A stretch of DNA of 64,000 bases from Candidatus Helarchaeota archaeon (lineage in GTDB: Archaea; Asgardarchaeota; Lokiarchaeia; Helarchaeales; RDOG01): positions 64,001 to 128,000 of the forward strand of contig JAHPZH010000006.1 of the NCBI GenBank assembly GCA_019058315.1, read 5' to 3'. This document shows, one piece after another, positions 62,195-64,000 of the stretch (position 1 is the first letter of the stretch; every line of letters starts with the position of its first letter). The position numbers were made by a program, and so were the translations under genes. The notes under the pieces were generated by a model. The model made no database searches and had not been told where the DNA came from. It saw only the letters and a program-made list of their open reading frames with translations.

Positions 62195-63343
62195 ATGGCT
62201 AATGGCACTCCCTCAATTCCTGGATTAACCCCACAAACAGATTATTTTACTATGATTCTTCAAGTTGTTTTTTATGTTTTCTTCTTTATCTTTATGTTTT
62301 ATGGTCAACGTATCCAAATGTGGACTTGGTTAAAAACTATAGAAAATGCAGTTGCAAAGTTGCAATATATGGCTCATGAGGGTAGAGAAATAACTATAAA
62401 TATGATTAAGAATATTGCGAAACCGGAGACCGATCCTAGAAGTCTTGTGGGACAATTTCTGGAATTCTTCATTGTCCAACCTGTAGAAAAAGATCCCGCA
62501 GGAGTCATAAGAAGATTAGAACATGTTCTTGATGTTCGTGAATCTAGATTTAAAGAGCATGTTAAAATCTTAGCACCTAATGTCAATAAGGATGAAGCTG
62601 CAAATATTGAAAATACATTAGAAGCTGCATTATCTGTCAATTTAATTTATCGAATTGTAAAACATTTTTACTTATTGGGTAAAAAGACCAAATCAATGAT
62701 GGTTATTATGCAGATTCAAATGCAATTAAGTCTTATATTGAGAATCGCAAAAGCAATAATGGAGGCTTTAAAAGCTTTTTCACAAGGGAAACCAATTGGA
62801 GATGGTTTGGGACCTTTAGTTATTGCAAATCTTTATCATCGATATAAAAATTCTCAAAATGAACCAAAGACAATACTTGATTACACAGAAGATATCACAG
62901 TCCATGAATTAGAAATTGAAGATAGACATGCATTTTTAGTTCGAGCCACAGGTCCTGGAGCTAGAGTAGGAAAACCAGGTAAAGCTGTTCAAAAGCTAAT
63001 GGATGAATATCAAGATAAAATCAAACGTTTATTCATGATAGATGCTGGTTTAAAACTTGAAGGTGAAAAAACTGGGGATGTGATTGAAGGCGTTGGTGCA
63101 GTTATAGGAGGACCCGGTGTTGAAAAATATAAGATTGAAGAAAGTGGTGTAAAATATAATCTACCAATGGATGGTTATGTAGTAAAAGAATCCGAAATTG
63201 ATGCATACGGTCCAATGAAACAAGATATTTCAAAATCTGTAAATAAAGTAATTGAAATGTTAAAAAATGGAATTCAAGAGCGAACAGAAAAAGGTGACAC
63301 TATTATCATCTGTGGTGTAGGAAATACTATCGGAATCGGATAA
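62195..63343 (+). CDS. DUF1512 family membrane-anchored protein
   Basis: N-terminal TM; PIGDG.GP, GPG..VG.PG, IDAGLKLEGE.TG...EG.G, GVGNTIGIG. Confidence 0.85.
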   Translation: MANGTPSIPGLTPQTDYFTMILQVVFYVFFFIFMFYGQRIQMWTWLKTIENAVAKLQYMAHEGREITINMIKNIAKPETDPRSLVGQFLEFFIVQPVEKDPAGVIRRLEHVLDVRESRFKEHVKILAPNVNKDEAANIENTLEAALSVNLIYRIVKHFYLLGKKTKSMMVIMQIQMQLSLILRIAKAIMEALKAFSQGKPIGDGLGPLVIANLYHRYKNSQNEPKTILDYTEDITVHELEIEDRHAFLVRATGPGARVGKPGKAVQKLMDEYQDKIKRLFMIDAGLKLEGEKTGDVIEGVGAVIGGPGVEKYKIEESGVKYNLPMDGYVVKESEIDAYGPMKQDISKSVNKVIEMLKNGIQERTEKGDTIIICGVGNTIGIG

Positions 63344-63355
63344 GGGGCAATATTA

Positions 63356-63988
63356 ATGTCTTTAAATGGCGAAAAAAAATCTAAAAGTAGTAGTATATTT
63401 CAAGCACTTAGTACTATATTATTTATTATAAGTTTTTTTCTTATTTTATCTGCTTTTGGATTAATACCAAATTTTCCAATGGATCAAAATTTTTTGACTT
63501 ATGGTATGATCTTATTAGTACCTGCGTTTCTATTTTTAATTTTAAGTGTTTTAACAGGAGTGAGCAAAGAAGTTAAAAAATTAGAAGAATTTACAACAAT
63601 AAAATGCCAAAATTCTTCATGTCAATATGTTTTAATCAGGGATTTTAATAAAAAAGACTTTGTGTTTAAAGAATTGGAAGCATCTTGTCCAAAATGTAAT
63701 TCAACAATGTATATAACAGATATTTCTTCTATTCCTACAAAGAAGATTAAAGAAGATACTAAGAAAGAAATTCGCTCAAAAAAACCAAAACTTGATAAAA
63801 AAGAAAAGAATTATAAAACGATAACCACTTTTAAATGTGAAAATTCAGACTGTGATTTTATTAAAACAAGAAATTTTGAAATAAATGATTATATTTTTAA
63901 AAAAATTGACGATAGTACTTGTTCAAAGTGTGGTTCGACTTTATATATTTCTGAAATAAGCCATTTAATTCCAAAAAAAGTTTCTTAA
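63356..63988 (+). CDS. Two-TM protein with a duplicated C-terminal Zn ribbon
   Basis: Two repeats of C....C...R.F...D..FK....C.KC...YI..I. Confidence 0.7.
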   Translation: MSLNGEKKSKSSSIFQALSTILFIISFFLILSAFGLIPNFPMDQNFLTYGMILLVPAFLFLILSVLTGVSKEVKKLEEFTTIKCQNSSCQYVLIRDFNKKDFVFKELEASCPKCNSTMYITDISSIPTKKIKEDTKKEIRSKKPKLDKKEKNYKTITTFKCENSDCDFIKTRNFEINDYIFKKIDDSTCSKCGSTLYISEISHLIPKKVS

Positions 63989-64000
63989 TCTTTGATTAGA

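Noticed and set aside
3004-62640. Short antisense or overlapping ORFs in the track (e.g. 3004..3243, 16138..16542, 34901..35452, 51538..51876, 62374..62640)
   Set aside because: They are shadows of well-supported genes on the other strand or frame.
1-64000. CRISPR arrays, transposases, integrases, prophage, selenoprotein recoding
   Set aside because: No repeat-spacer arrays, mobile-element genes or in-frame TGA at catalytic positions were seen.

Overview
Low-GC archaeal chromosome segment, most likely from an Asgard archaeon (profilin, gelsolin-like, roadblock, longin and small-GTPase genes, a diphthamide-less EF-2 paralog, histone, TFB). Most of the protein content is housekeeping: Cdc6, NrdD, a shikimate pathway cluster, TldD/PmbA, DNA ligase, LarBC/NikR and r-proteins. 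The unusual signal is at the RNA level, where bulge-helix-bulge (BHB) splicing appears to act on three RNA classes. (1) The 5S rRNA gene (61651-61774, minus) is circularly permuted. Its 3' half precedes its 5' half, the halves are joined by a UUCG loop, and the whole sits inside a BHB processing stem, so it would be excised and ligated like an intron. (2) Two protein genes, RNase Z and the EF-2 paralog, are interrupted by 29- and 31-nt BHB introns inside conserved motifs. (3) Eight of ten tRNA genes carry introns at 17 sites, including two tRNAs with four introns each and apparent tandem introns. Two unannotated box C/D guide RNAs are also present, and one matches both the intron and the anticodon loop of pre-tRNA-Leu(UAA) in this window. 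All structures were folded by hand and no database searches were run.
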